Origin: Rickettsiales bacterium
GTDB taxonomy: Bacteria > Pseudomonadota > Alphaproteobacteria > Rickettsiales > UBA3002
Length of the DNA: 64,000 nt
Reading direction: 5' to 3'
NCBI GenBank assembly: GCA_028281385.1
Contig: JANQJY010000070.1
Span: 12,158-76,157, forward strand
Shown one piece after another: positions 12,709 to 21,604 of the stretch. Below the pieces are notes generated by a model. It worked only from the letters and a program-made list of their open reading frames with translations. It was not told where the DNA came from and did no database searches. The first letter of the stretch is position 1, and each line of letters begins with the position of its first letter. The translations under genes and the position numbers were made by a program.

Positions 12709-14523
12709 ATGATGTTCACACTTCTTAACAGTCATCCGCTTTCACGACGGGTCATGCTTTTTTCTGCCGTGCAGACGGTGGCATTTGCCGCGCTTGTCGG
12801 GCGATTGACGCATTTGCAGTTTACCAAGAGTGATGAATTTAAAACCCAGGCGGAAGGGAACCGGATCAAGCTACAACTGGACCCACCTAAAAGAGGGGAA
12901 TTACTGGATCGTGCCGGTACAGCACTGGCAGAAAATAAAACCAACTACCGTTTATTTGTCGATATGCGACAGATTGAAGACCGCGATAAGTTATCTGACA
13001 CACTGCTGGAACTTTTGTCTCTCACCGATGGCCAGCGCCACGATATGGCCCTGTTGATTAAGAAAGCAAAAAAGAATCAATCGGTATTACTGCGCGAATA
13101 TATGTCGTGGGATGAGGTGGCCAGAATCGAATTTCACGCACCGCACATACCGGGTATCTTTATCGATAAGGGGCAGCTGCGTTCCTACCCTTTTAAGCAT
13201 TATGCGTCACATATTGTCGGGTATGTTGGCAAAGTATCGGAAGAAGATCTTGTCGATCAGCCATTGCTGCGACTGCCGGAATTTAAAATCGGCAAGAATG
13301 GGTGCGAAAAATTATTTGAAAATACCCTGCGCGGACAAGCGGGAACGCGGCATTTGGAAGTCAATGCACAAGGGCTGGTTGTACGGGAGTTGAAACATCA
13401 ATCCAGTCAGTCTGGAGAGCCCGTTAAACTGACGATTCATGCACCGTTGCAGCAGTTTATTGCAGAACGGTTGGGAGAAGAGAGCGGTGCCGTCATCGTA
13501 ATGCACGCTCATAATGGTGAGATTCTGGCACTGCAATCCACCCCGTCTTTTGATCCCAATTATTTCACGCGGTCAATACCGGCCGATATATGGAAAGCCC
13601 TGAATGAGAACCCTAAGAAACCGCTGCTCAATAAGGCGATCAGTGGCCAATATCCTCCCGGGTCGACCTTTAAAATGCTGGTAGGGCTGGCCGCGCTTGA
13701 AAAAGGTATGATAAAAGAGAATACACGCTTTTACTGTCCCGGTCATTTCATGCTGGGCAATCACCGTTTTAATTGCTGGAAGGCGGAAGGGCATGGATCG
13801 GTTGACATCAAAGATGCTATTGCTGAATCCTGTGATACGTTTTTCTATCATATAGGAAAAGAACTGGGCATGGATGCCATTGCCGATATGGCACGCCGTT
13901 TCGGTCTGGGACAGGAAAGCACTCTTGGTCTTATCGGAGAAAAATCAGGGCTGATTCCCTCGGTAAAGTGGAAAAAACAGCAACATGCCCAGCCCTGGGT
14001 GCCGGGTGATACGGTCAATGCGTCCATTGGTCAGGGATATGTGCTGGCAACACCGCTGCAACTGGCGGTGATGACAGCGCGCATGATTAATGGCGGTAAG
14101 CAGGTAGAGCCGACATTACAGACAAAAACGCATTTGGAAGAGGTCAACTGGCCATCCATGGGCATATCCAGGGCTCACCTGGAAATGATGACGGAAGGGA
14201 TGAACCGGGTAATGAATGCTCCGAACGGCACGGCCTATTATCAGCGTATCTGGGACAAGGCATTCACCATGGGCGGCAAGACGGGCACGTCACAGGTGCG
14301 GCGTATTGTAGAGCGTGGTTATGATCAGAAGAAACTGCCCTGGCATCACCGTCATCATGCATTGTTTGTAGGTTATGCACCGCATTACAATCCGACTTTT
14401 GTGGTGAGTGTATTGGTAGAGCATGGTGGTAGCGGTGCGCGGGCTGCCGCACCAATAGCGCGTGATGTGTTACATGAATTGCAGAAAATGGCGGCGAAAG
14501 AGCCGCGCCTGCTTGGAGTGTAG
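12709..14523 (+). CDS. mrdA: penicillin-binding protein 2 (elongasome transpeptidase)
   Basis: 604 aa. It has the PPGSTFK active-site motif, a KTGT motif (GGKTGTSQV) and an N-terminal TM anchor. Confidence 0.9.
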   Translation: MMFTLLNSHPLSRRVMLFSAVQTVAFAALVGRLTHLQFTKSDEFKTQAEGNRIKLQLDPPKRGELLDRAGTALAENKTNYRLFVDMRQIEDRDKLSDTLLELLSLTDGQRHDMALLIKKAKKNQSVLLREYMSWDEVARIEFHAPHIPGIFIDKGQLRSYPFKHYASHIVGYVGKVSEEDLVDQPLLRLPEFKIGKNGCEKLFENTLRGQAGTRHLEVNAQGLVVRELKHQSSQSGEPVKLTIHAPLQQFIAERLGEESGAVIVMHAHNGEILALQSTPSFDPNYFTRSIPADIWKALNENPKKPLLNKAISGQYPPGSTFKMLVGLAALEKGMIKENTRFYCPGHFMLGNHRFNCWKAEGHGSVDIKDAIAESCDTFFYHIGKELGMDAIADMARRFGLGQESTLGLIGEKSGLIPSVKWKKQQHAQPWVPGDTVNASIGQGYVLATPLQLAVMTARMINGGKQVEPTLQTKTHLEEVNWPSMGISRAHLEMMTEGMNRVMNAPNGTAYYQRIWDKAFTMGGKTGTSQVRRIVERGYDQKKLPWHHRHHALFVGYAPHYNPTFVVSVLVEHGGSGARAAAPIARDVLHELQKMAAKEPRLLGV

Positions 14524-14526
14524 TGG

Positions 14527-15675
14527 ATGGATCAAGTGATTACGGCCAGCCAGCGGCGTTCAGGGCTTATCAGAAAGCTGACCGGGATGAGCGGACTGTT
14601 GTTCTGTGCGATTCTACTGCTGGGAATTGCAGGTGTCATGATGCAATTCTCCGCTTCGGGAGGTCACATGCAGCCATGGGCATCACCGCACCTTATCCGT
14701 CTTATACTGGGACTGCTGGTGATGATTACCATGGCTATCATGCCCATACAGCTTTATGTCCGTCTGGCCTATTTTATCTACGCAATCTGCATTGGCATGC
14801 TGGTCTATGTGGAGGTAGCCGGCTATATCGGAATGGGCGCACAGCGCTGGATCAATCTCGGATTCATGCATCTGCAGCCTTCGGAGCTGACCAAGATTGC
14901 TATCATTATCATGCTGGCGCGTTATTTTCATCAGGTGAATACGGATGATGTGAATCACCCGTTCATGTTGATGACCCCTTTGCTGCTCACGGCATTGCCG
15001 GTTCTGCTGATTCTTAAACAACCAAATCTTGGAACAGCCACTATTACCGCAATCATTGCTTTTTCCATGCTGTTCATGACGCGTATAAAATGGCATTATT
15101 TTGCCGCGTTGATAATGTTGATCATGATTGCGGCTCCTGTGGGCTGGCAATTTCTGCATGATTATCAGAAACAACGTGTGCTGACGTTTCTGGACCCAGG
15201 CAAGGATCCTCTCGGGGCAGGCTATAACATTAACCAGTCCATGATTGCGATTGGTTCCGGTGGTTTCTCCGGCAAAGGATTTCTGAAAGGCTCGCAGGCA
15301 CAGCTTGATTTCCTGCCCGAGAAACAGACTGATTTCATTTTCACCATGCTGGCCGAGGAATTCGGATTTATCGGTTGTATGGCTCTGTTGCTGTGTTACA
15401 TGTGTATTTTAATATATGGTATTGCCTTGATGCTGCGCTCGAGAAGCCGTTTCGGATCGCTGATTGCTGCTGGTGTGACGGCAATGCTGTTCACACATAT
15501 CTTCGTTAATATTGCCATGGTAATGGGCATGCTGCCGGTCGTCGGCGTGCCGCTGCCTTTACTGTCTTATGGCGGCACATTCATGCTGGCGACCATGATG
15601 GCGCTGGGGCTGTTGATGAATGTCTATGTCCATCGTGATGTGTCGTTGCATCGGAATATCAGAGCGTTTTTCTAA
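14527..15675 (+). CDS. rodA: SEDS glycosyltransferase RodA
   Basis: 382 aa polytopic protein of the FtsW/RodA/SpoVE family (PSELTKIAIII, TDFIFTMLAEEFGF). Confidence 0.9.
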   Translation: MDQVITASQRRSGLIRKLTGMSGLLFCAILLLGIAGVMMQFSASGGHMQPWASPHLIRLILGLLVMITMAIMPIQLYVRLAYFIYAICIGMLVYVEVAGYIGMGAQRWINLGFMHLQPSELTKIAIIIMLARYFHQVNTDDVNHPFMLMTPLLLTALPVLLILKQPNLGTATITAIIAFSMLFMTRIKWHYFAALIMLIMIAAPVGWQFLHDYQKQRVLTFLDPGKDPLGAGYNINQSMIAIGSGGFSGKGFLKGSQAQLDFLPEKQTDFIFTMLAEEFGFIGCMALLLCYMCILIYGIALMLRSRSRFGSLIAAGVTAMLFTHIFVNIAMVMGMLPVVGVPLPLLSYGGTFMLATMMALGLLMNVYVHRDVSLHRNIRAFF

Positions 15676-17189
15676 ATGCCGGAGAGATCATGAATATGTT
15701 GTTCGTGTGATGCGTGGATACGTTCTTCATTCAATCCACTGGCTGAGATCACATGATTGGGCGCACCTGTCATCATCGACGGATCGCTGGCCGTCTGTTT
15801 GAAATTACTTCGTGATGGCGTGTTCGCAGGTTGGTGTTTATTGGTATTTCCTTCCTTATTACGATAGGGATAGATGTTGACCGGATAAATCTCCAGCACA
15901 TCTTTGGGCAGCGCTCCTTCCGCCTTGGCTTTTTCGACTTCTTTGACGGCCTCTATGCCAAAATCTTTATGATTGGCAATCTCAATGAAGGTCATAGTCC
16001 ATTCCTGCTCACGTGGGTTAATCAGCCCATGACCGAGTAAATAAATAAATTTTGGCAGGGTAAAATCGGCAAGCGGGATAGGATAGTCGTTTTCATCCAG
16101 TTCGGTTTTGTGTTTATAGTTATAGGTATTGTTCATCAGATCAGCGATGCGATTGAAGATACGTTCGCCATTCGCCCAGACCCGCCCTTCATCCAGATCA
16201 GGATGCAGCACGCTTTTAAAGGCTATTTCCGGTCTGAATTTCTTGGTATACTGTTGATACAGGTTAATAACGTCGCCTTTGGAGATTGGATCGCCAATAC
16301 CATACATTGGGTTGAGCTTATCATTAACGAAATAAGTGAAACTCTCGAGCATGGTCGGCTGGCGTCCCCAGATATCGAACATCCAGTTCAGACCCCAGGC
16401 GCCAATCGCCATTTCGCCTGCCTGCAGCCATTTGAAGGGAGATCTGAGAAAGAAAAGGGCACTTGCCCCATAGCGCTGAAATTGTTTGCGCCGGAAAACT
16501 TTGGTCGTGGATTGGATGATCTGATTATCACTGTTCAGAATATCCATGAAGGTGACATCCTTCGGATCCTTGCCCGTTTCATAGGCAACTGCTTCTGTAT
16601 AAATACCGCGCATGTCATTCATGGCGCGTTTTGTCAACTGATAGGACATGTAAAGACTGCCCACACCAAGTCCGTAATCATAGTACATTTCAAATAATCG
16701 ATTATTGATATTACTCTGCAGGCGGGATTTGGATTTGGATGTCAGGCTTGGTATACCCTTTTTTTCAATACCTTCTCTGAAAGCATACTGGACGGTGTTA
16801 TCCCGAAAGCTGTTTGCGCCCCATTCTTTGAGAATCTCATCAAGGTTATCAAGCAGTTTCTTTCCTTCTTCCGAACCGTTCACGGCATCAAGAATATCGT
16901 CGACATTCCTGGGGACAGGACCTTTAAAAATGGCATTGACATCTGCTTTGGCGAGTGCGGCGTCAATTTTTCTGAAAAAAGGTTTAACATTCATATCGAC
17001 TATAGGGGTACTTGTATAACGGCGCATCCATGCCGGTGTCAGGCTGTCGGTTAGCGTTCTCACAGAACCGCGCAGCAGATAACGTGCAGGCATCAACGTC
17101 AGACCGATTCTTACATCCGGTGGCGTATGAATCGGAATAAAGCTCGTCTGCGCATGCAGCGTATTCAGTTCTTTTTTATCATTACCCAT
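15672..17189 (-). CDS. hypothetical protein (orphan, no recognised domain)
   Basis: 505-aa clean ORF with an ATG start. It is visibly more AT-rich than its neighbours, and its stop converges on and overlaps the rodA stop. Confidence 0.6.
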   Translation of the reverse strand: MGNDKKELNTLHAQTSFIPIHTPPDVRIGLTLMPARYLLRGSVRTLTDSLTPAWMRRYTSTPIVDMNVKPFFRKIDAALAKADVNAIFKGPVPRNVDDILDAVNGSEEGKKLLDNLDEILKEWGANSFRDNTVQYAFREGIEKKGIPSLTSKSKSRLQSNINNRLFEMYYDYGLGVGSLYMSYQLTKRAMNDMRGIYTEAVAYETGKDPKDVTFMDILNSDNQIIQSTTKVFRRKQFQRYGASALFFLRSPFKWLQAGEMAIGAWGLNWMFDIWGRQPTMLESFTYFVNDKLNPMYGIGDPISKGDVINLYQQYTKKFRPEIAFKSVLHPDLDEGRVWANGERIFNRIADLMNNTYNYKHKTELDENDYPIPLADFTLPKFIYLLGHGLINPREQEWTMTFIEIANHKDFGIEAVKEVEKAKAEGALPKDVLEIYPVNIYPYRNKEGNTNKHQPANTPSRSNFKQTASDPSMMTGAPNHVISASGLNEERIHASHEQHIHDLSGI

Positions 17190-17323
17190 AGATTCTATGA
17201 CAGATACTCACTGCCACTCACTTATAATTTCACACCTATAATCAGTATAAAGGGCTTTACAGGCTTGTAATATGAAGATTCTGTGACATTCTGGGGGAAG
17301 AAATGAGATAAAAAGCTTTATTT

Positions 17324-17947
17324 TCAATTGAGTAGGGCGCCAAACGCTTCCTTGCCGAAATACAGCACGCTACCGGTGATGCACACACCTACGAAGCCGA
17401 CCAGACTGCCGATAATGATGGTCACCCCGTCGCGGCTTAACAAACCAAGCGCCATGATAAGGATGCCAAGTCCGGGAACGAAGTTGGTCCAGGGAAAGGG
17501 CAGGGCAATACATAGCGAAAATATAATGCACAAAATGCCGATAATGCGCTCACCCGTGTCGCTGCTGGCGAAAGACATACGCTGGCGCAGTAGTTTCTCG
17601 ATTTTTTTCATGCGGGGAGCGGCTTTCCCTACGATCTTGGCTAGCAGGCTCCGGCGAATCTTCTTCTTATTTATCCAGGATGGCAGCCAGGGGGATTCCT
17701 TGCCGGCAACGAGCTGCACCGCCAGAAACAACAGTGGTATGGCAGTCACACTGGAAGGCCCCGGTGCGGGAACGGGTATGCAGTTGGGTAATACGAAAAT
17801 GATCAGTAACAAGCCGAAACCGCGCTCATGCAGCGCGTGCATGAGCTCACCAACACTCACCAGATCGGCCTGATGCTGCTTGACGGCATCTTCCAAGACA
17901 TCCGATGCGGCACGTTCCTTGCGTTTCTTAAATCGTTTGATGACCAT
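17324..17947 (-). CDS. exoD: ExoD-family exopolysaccharide synthesis membrane protein
   Basis: 207 aa. The stretch GELMHALHERGFGLLLIIFVLPNCIPVPAPGPS matches my memory of the ExoD (PF06055) N-terminal signature. Confidence 0.7.
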   Translation of the reverse strand: MVIKRFKKRKERAASDVLEDAVKQHQADLVSVGELMHALHERGFGLLLIIFVLPNCIPVPAPGPSSVTAIPLLFLAVQLVAGKESPWLPSWINKKKIRRSLLAKIVGKAAPRMKKIEKLLRQRMSFASSDTGERIIGILCIIFSLCIALPFPWTNFVPGLGILIMALGLLSRDGVTIIIGSLVGFVGVCITGSVLYFGKEAFGALLN

Positions 17948-18006
17948 GGCTAATCCACATTCCTCGCCATGCTTATACGCATTTTTTTATTCCATGCAAA
18001 GAGCAT

Positions 18007-19032
18007 TTAGGCAGGTATCGATGGTAGCAAGGCCATTTTTTCCTCAGCATACAGGGCCGTGACGATCAGAATAACCAGCAGCAGGCAGGTGATCAGATAA
18101 AGGACTCTTGCACGCACCAGATGCAGGAGGGTTGCTTTGGCGGAGCCTTTACCGATCCAGGGGTCATCGATCACCGTCTGTTCGATATGGCGGGGTCCAC
18201 CGAGCGATATGCCAAGGCAACCAGCAGCAGCGGCAATCATATAGCCGTGATTAGGCGATGTGATTTTTCCGGCATCGGTGATCAGGGTGGCCAATCCTTT
18301 GAAGGGCTTGCAGCCGGGCACGAACAGGGCGGCTAGGCAGATAATCACTCCTCCCAGCCGTGAAGGCAGCCACAGCAGCACATCATTCAGCCGTGCGGTG
18401 GCCCAGCCAAAGGCGATATAGCGTTTGGACGGATGGCCGATCAGCCCGTCGAGCATATTGACGGTACGGGCGAGTATGGCGCCGGGAAGCCCGAACAGCA
18501 GATACCAGAACAGCGGACAGAGAATCTTATCGGCAATATTTTCGGCCAGATATTCAATCGCTGCGCGAATGATGCTATGCGGGTCCCATTCGGAGCGTTG
18601 TCCTCTGCCGAAAGAATGTGTCAATGTTATGGCGTCTTGCAGCTGGTTGGATTTAATCGCCCGCAGGACAGGCGTCGTACGGTCTAACAATGCGCGCACG
18701 GGTAGCAGAAGGGTAAGCAGGATGATTTCAATCCATTCCCCATGCGGTGACATGCGGATGGCCAGTGATAGTATGATTGCGATAAGCAGGATGATAATAA
18801 GGACGAACAGCAGCAGAATAATACCGCGATATACCAGTTTTCCGGCGGAGCGCCCTTTGCGGTTAAGCTTGCGTTCCATGCGCCGGGCAAACCGCTTGAG
18901 CCACCGGGCGGGGCGATGAAGTTGCAACGCCCGCAGCCAGCTTAGCGGGCCAAGAAAGGTGGCGGCTAGCAATAATGCAACAATAGCGATGATCTGGCGA
19001 TCAAAGATATCATGTCCGGCAAGATCGAGCAC
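18007..19032 (-). CDS. cobD: CobD/CbiB-family adenosylcobinamide-phosphate synthase-like membrane protein
   Basis: 341 aa with a GTG start. The CobD/CbiB core pattern is present: CPLFWYLLFGLPGAILARTVNMLDGLIGH...FGWATARLNDVLLWLPSRL. Confidence 0.75.
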   Translation of the reverse strand: MLDLAGHDIFDRQIIAIVALLLAATFLGPLSWLRALQLHRPARWLKRFARRMERKLNRKGRSAGKLVYRGIILLLFVLIIILLIAIILSLAIRMSPHGEWIEIILLTLLLPVRALLDRTTPVLRAIKSNQLQDAITLTHSFGRGQRSEWDPHSIIRAAIEYLAENIADKILCPLFWYLLFGLPGAILARTVNMLDGLIGHPSKRYIAFGWATARLNDVLLWLPSRLGGVIICLAALFVPGCKPFKGLATLITDAGKITSPNHGYMIAAAAGCLGISLGGPRHIEQTVIDDPWIGKGSAKATLLHLVRARVLYLITCLLLVILIVTALYAEEKMALLPSIPA

Positions 19033-19044
19033 GGTGCCTGCGAC

Positions 19045-19869
19045 TTATTCGATGAAAATCTCGACCCGCCGGTTGGCACGTTTGCGCACTCCATCGGAGG
19101 TTGGCACGGCTGGATCAGATTCGCCGAAGGCAAAATAAGAAATACTTGATGAGGCTACATTGCGCGCGGTCAGGAAGTCTTTAATCTGTGAAGCGCGCCG
19201 ATGCGATAATTCCATATTATACTCATCGGTGCCTGAGCGGTCGGCATGGCCGTTGATCACCACCTCATACCTTTCGCCGGAAGTGCGCAGGCTGGCGGCA
19301 ATGGCTTCCAGTTCGTCAAATGCCACTTCTTCGGCATTGACGCTGTCCCACGGAAAATAGAACACATAAGAGGTAGACAAGGTTCCGGCCGATTGATCAA
19401 TCGCGTGATCGCGTTCATTGAGCAGACGGTAAAACTGGTTTTTACACTGTTCGATCGCGGCGATCTGCCAGGCTTCTTCTTGTTCTTCCAGCCAGCAGTC
19501 ATAATAAAACTGCATTTTGGCGGCACGCTCGGGCTGACGTGACACAAAGCCGACGGTCAGCGTATCGAGCAGCATATTATAGGCGGAATTTAATTCATTG
19601 ATATTCACGGCAGAAATGTCCCAATTCTCAGGGTTTTCCGGCGGCACATCCTGACCGTAAGCGAGCATCAGCCCTTTATCGGCAAAATATTTCGAACTCC
19701 ACCAATCATAGGCCGTTGCTTCATCTTCGGCGAAGCCGAGATAGAGCATGGCGAGGGTTTTCTGAAAGTTAGAGCCTTTCGGAGTGACCTGACGAAGCTC
19801 TTCCAGACTGGCTGTACTGCAGCCGGTCAGACAGATAAGAACCATCCCCAATGATGCCAGGCGGGCCAT
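19045..19869 (-). CDS. OmpA-family lipoprotein (peptidoglycan-binding C-terminal domain)
   Basis: The ATG gives MARLASLGMVLICLTGCS, which contains a lipobox. The C-terminus GHADRSGTDEYNMELSHRRA...NRRVEI is an OmpA-like domain. Confidence 0.8.
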   Translation of the reverse strand: MARLASLGMVLICLTGCSTASLEELRQVTPKGSNFQKTLAMLYLGFAEDEATAYDWWSSKYFADKGLMLAYGQDVPPENPENWDISAVNINELNSAYNMLLDTLTVGFVSRQPERAAKMQFYYDCWLEEQEEAWQIAAIEQCKNQFYRLLNERDHAIDQSAGTLSTSYVFYFPWDSVNAEEVAFDELEAIAASLRTSGERYEVVINGHADRSGTDEYNMELSHRRASQIKDFLTARNVASSSISYFAFGESDPAVPTSDGVRKRANRRVEIFIE

Positions 19870-20023
19870 GAACACACTCAATTATAATGCCAGTTTAAAC
19901 CATCAATCTATCCAAAGCGCCGAACCCGTGCAACGGCAATCTCGTCATCGGTGAAAAAGGTTGCGTATCATTTTGTAAATGCGTATAAGACCGCCAAATA
20001 TTGAAACATCGACGGAGGAATCT

Positions 20024-20446
20024 ATGACGGTACAACGCACCTTATCCATCATCAAGCCCGATGCGACCGAACGCAATCTCACTGGTAAAATCAACGCGGT
20101 CTTTGAAGAAAACAGCCTGCGTATTGTGGCGCAGAAACGCATTCGCCTGAGCGAAACCCAGGCGAAGGATTTTTATGCGGTGCATAAGGAACGCCCGTTT
20201 TATGGGGAGTTGGTTTCCTTTATGACCTCCGGTCCGGTGGTAGTGCAGGTGCTGGAAGGCGAAAATGCGGTGGAAAAGAACCGCGAGCTGATGGGCGCGA
20301 CCAACCCCGAAGACGCAGCCGAAGGCACGATCCGCAAGTTATTCGCCGAGAATATCGAGCGTAATTCGGTGCATGGTTCAGACAGCGATGAGAATGCCGC
20401 GAATGAAGTTGCCTTTTTCTTCAGCGAGGATGAAATCGTCGGCTGA
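20024..20446 (+). CDS. ndk: nucleoside diphosphate kinase
   Basis: It begins [14 protein letters not shown] and contains NSVHGSDS with the active-site His. Confidence 0.95.
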   Translation: MTVQRTLSIIKPDATERNLTGKINAVFEENSLRIVAQKRIRLSETQAKDFYAVHKERPFYGELVSFMTSGPVVVQVLEGENAVEKNRELMGATNPEDAAEGTIRKLFAENIERNSVHGSDSDENAANEVAFFFSEDEIVG

Positions 20447-20473
20447 TAATGGATAAAGGAACATTGGAATATT

Positions 20474-20632
20474 CTATAGCCGTTTGCATTTAGTTCGCCC
20501 TGTTTTCGTCATTCCCGCGACTTGTCTCGCCAAAGCGAAGCGACGGCGGAAGGCGGGAATCCTGGAGGAATACGGCACAAAGATCCCCGTTTTCACGGGG
20601 ATGACAAGGAATGATAAATGTAAACGGCTATA
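20474..20632. mobile_element. MITE-like palindromic element (159 bp) with 18-bp terminal inverted repeats
   Basis: The left end tatagccgtttgcattta matches the reverse complement of the right end taaatgtaaacggctata at 17 of 18 positions. Internal hairpins are attcccgc/gcgggaat and ccccg/cgggg. Confidence 0.6.
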
Positions 20633-20639
20633 ATTTCCA

Positions 20640-20989
20640 CCATTCCACCATTCCAAACCCTGGCGCCGGGAAGTCTAGCTTATTTGTTACGTTCAGGACG
20701 CTATTTCTCACAGTGAGTCTTCTATTCACGTCCCTTCCCGGCATGGGATAGGTGCTACCAATCATGCGACTGGTAGCCGGGGAGTAACAAAAATCCTCAA
20801 CGAGAGATTCCCATTGGCCTTTAGCTTGCGCCTGAACATACGCCAACAGCTCCCCGACCGAACGTCAGGGAGTATGATTCGGTCATACTAACCGTCGTTG
20901 AGAGAGGTTTGTTAAGCCCCGGACCGGCATCGTGCCAATCTGAAGCAACTATAGAGGATTGCGTGAAAACGGGCAAGGAATAATGGGGG
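20640..20989. ncRNA. unassigned structured intergenic block (candidate ncRNA; class not determined)
   Basis: No credible ORF is present. There are at least seven helices of 6-10 bp, including crossing (pseudoknot-type) pairs. Coordinates are given in the findings. Confidence 0.3.
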
Positions 20990-21604
20990 TTATGACATGT
21001 TCCGTCTGACCCGGTCCCCTTCGATGACCAGCCGGTCTTCGGCAAGCCAGCGCAGCGCCTGCGGATAGATGATATGCTCCTGCTCAAGCACACGTGCGGC
21101 CAGCGTCTGTTCATCGTCATCCGCCAGCACCGGCACGGCAGCTTGCAGAATAATCGGGCCGGCATCCATTTCGGGTACGACGAAATGCACGGTGCAACCG
21201 GTCTCTGCCACGCTGGCTTCCAATGCGCGCCGGTGGGTATCGAGTCCTTTAAACTCTGGCAGGAGGGACGGGTGAATATTCAGCATGCGGCCATACCATT
21301 TTTCGGTAAAGGAAGCGGAAAGCAACCGCATGAACCCGGCCAGACAGACGATGTCGATGGCATGCTGTTCTAGCTGCCGGTCGATGGCGCTGTCATAAGT
21401 GTCACGGGAATCATAATCACGGTGATCTATTACCTGCGTGGCGATATTCGCCGCCTCGGCGCAAGTAAGGCCATAAGCATCGGGCTTGTTGGAGACCACC
21501 AGCGCAATCTCTGCCGGGAAATCGGCATCGGTGCAGGCATCGATCAGTGCCTGCATGTTGCTACCGCGACCGGAAATGAGGATGGCAACCCGCTTTTTGG
21601 TCAT
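20990..21604 (-). CDS. purN: phosphoribosylglycinamide formyltransferase
   Basis: 204 aa. It has KKRVAILISGRGSNMQALIDA and an HPSLLP motif. Confidence 0.95.
   Translation of the reverse strand: MTKKRVAILISGRGSNMQALIDACTDADFPAEIALVVSNKPDAYGLTCAEAANIATQVIDHRDYDSRDTYDSAIDRQLEQHAIDIVCLAGFMRLLSASFTEKWYGRMLNIHPSLLPEFKGLDTHRRALEASVAETGCTVHFVVPEMDAGPIILQAAVPVLADDDEQTLAARVLEQEHIIYPQALRWLAEDRLVIEGDRVRRNMS

Noticed and set aside
14523-14948. 141-aa ORF in an alternative frame at the start of rodA
   Set aside because: The rodA frame gives a full-length SEDS protein, whereas this frame has no features.
20474-20656. 60-aa minus-strand ORF (…VIPVKTGI…IPAFRRR…)
   Set aside because: It is encoded entirely by the palindromic MITE-like element. 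Peptides of this kind are well-known artefacts of translating such hairpin repeats.
20640-20989. Naming the structured block as RNase P RNA, a cobalamin riboswitch or tmRNA
   Set aside because: For RNase P, the near-invariant GGAAAGUCCGGGC, AGGGUGAAA and ACAGAACCCGGCUUA blocks are not present on either strand. For a cobalamin riboswitch, only loose resemblance to the GGGAA, GGUG..AA.CC and B12-box motifs exists, and no downstream gene lies on the matching strand. For tmRNA, there is a tag-like frame with its stop in a hairpin loop, but I could build no convincing T-arm or an acceptor stem with G3:U70 and a CCA context. It is therefore reported only as an unassigned candidate.
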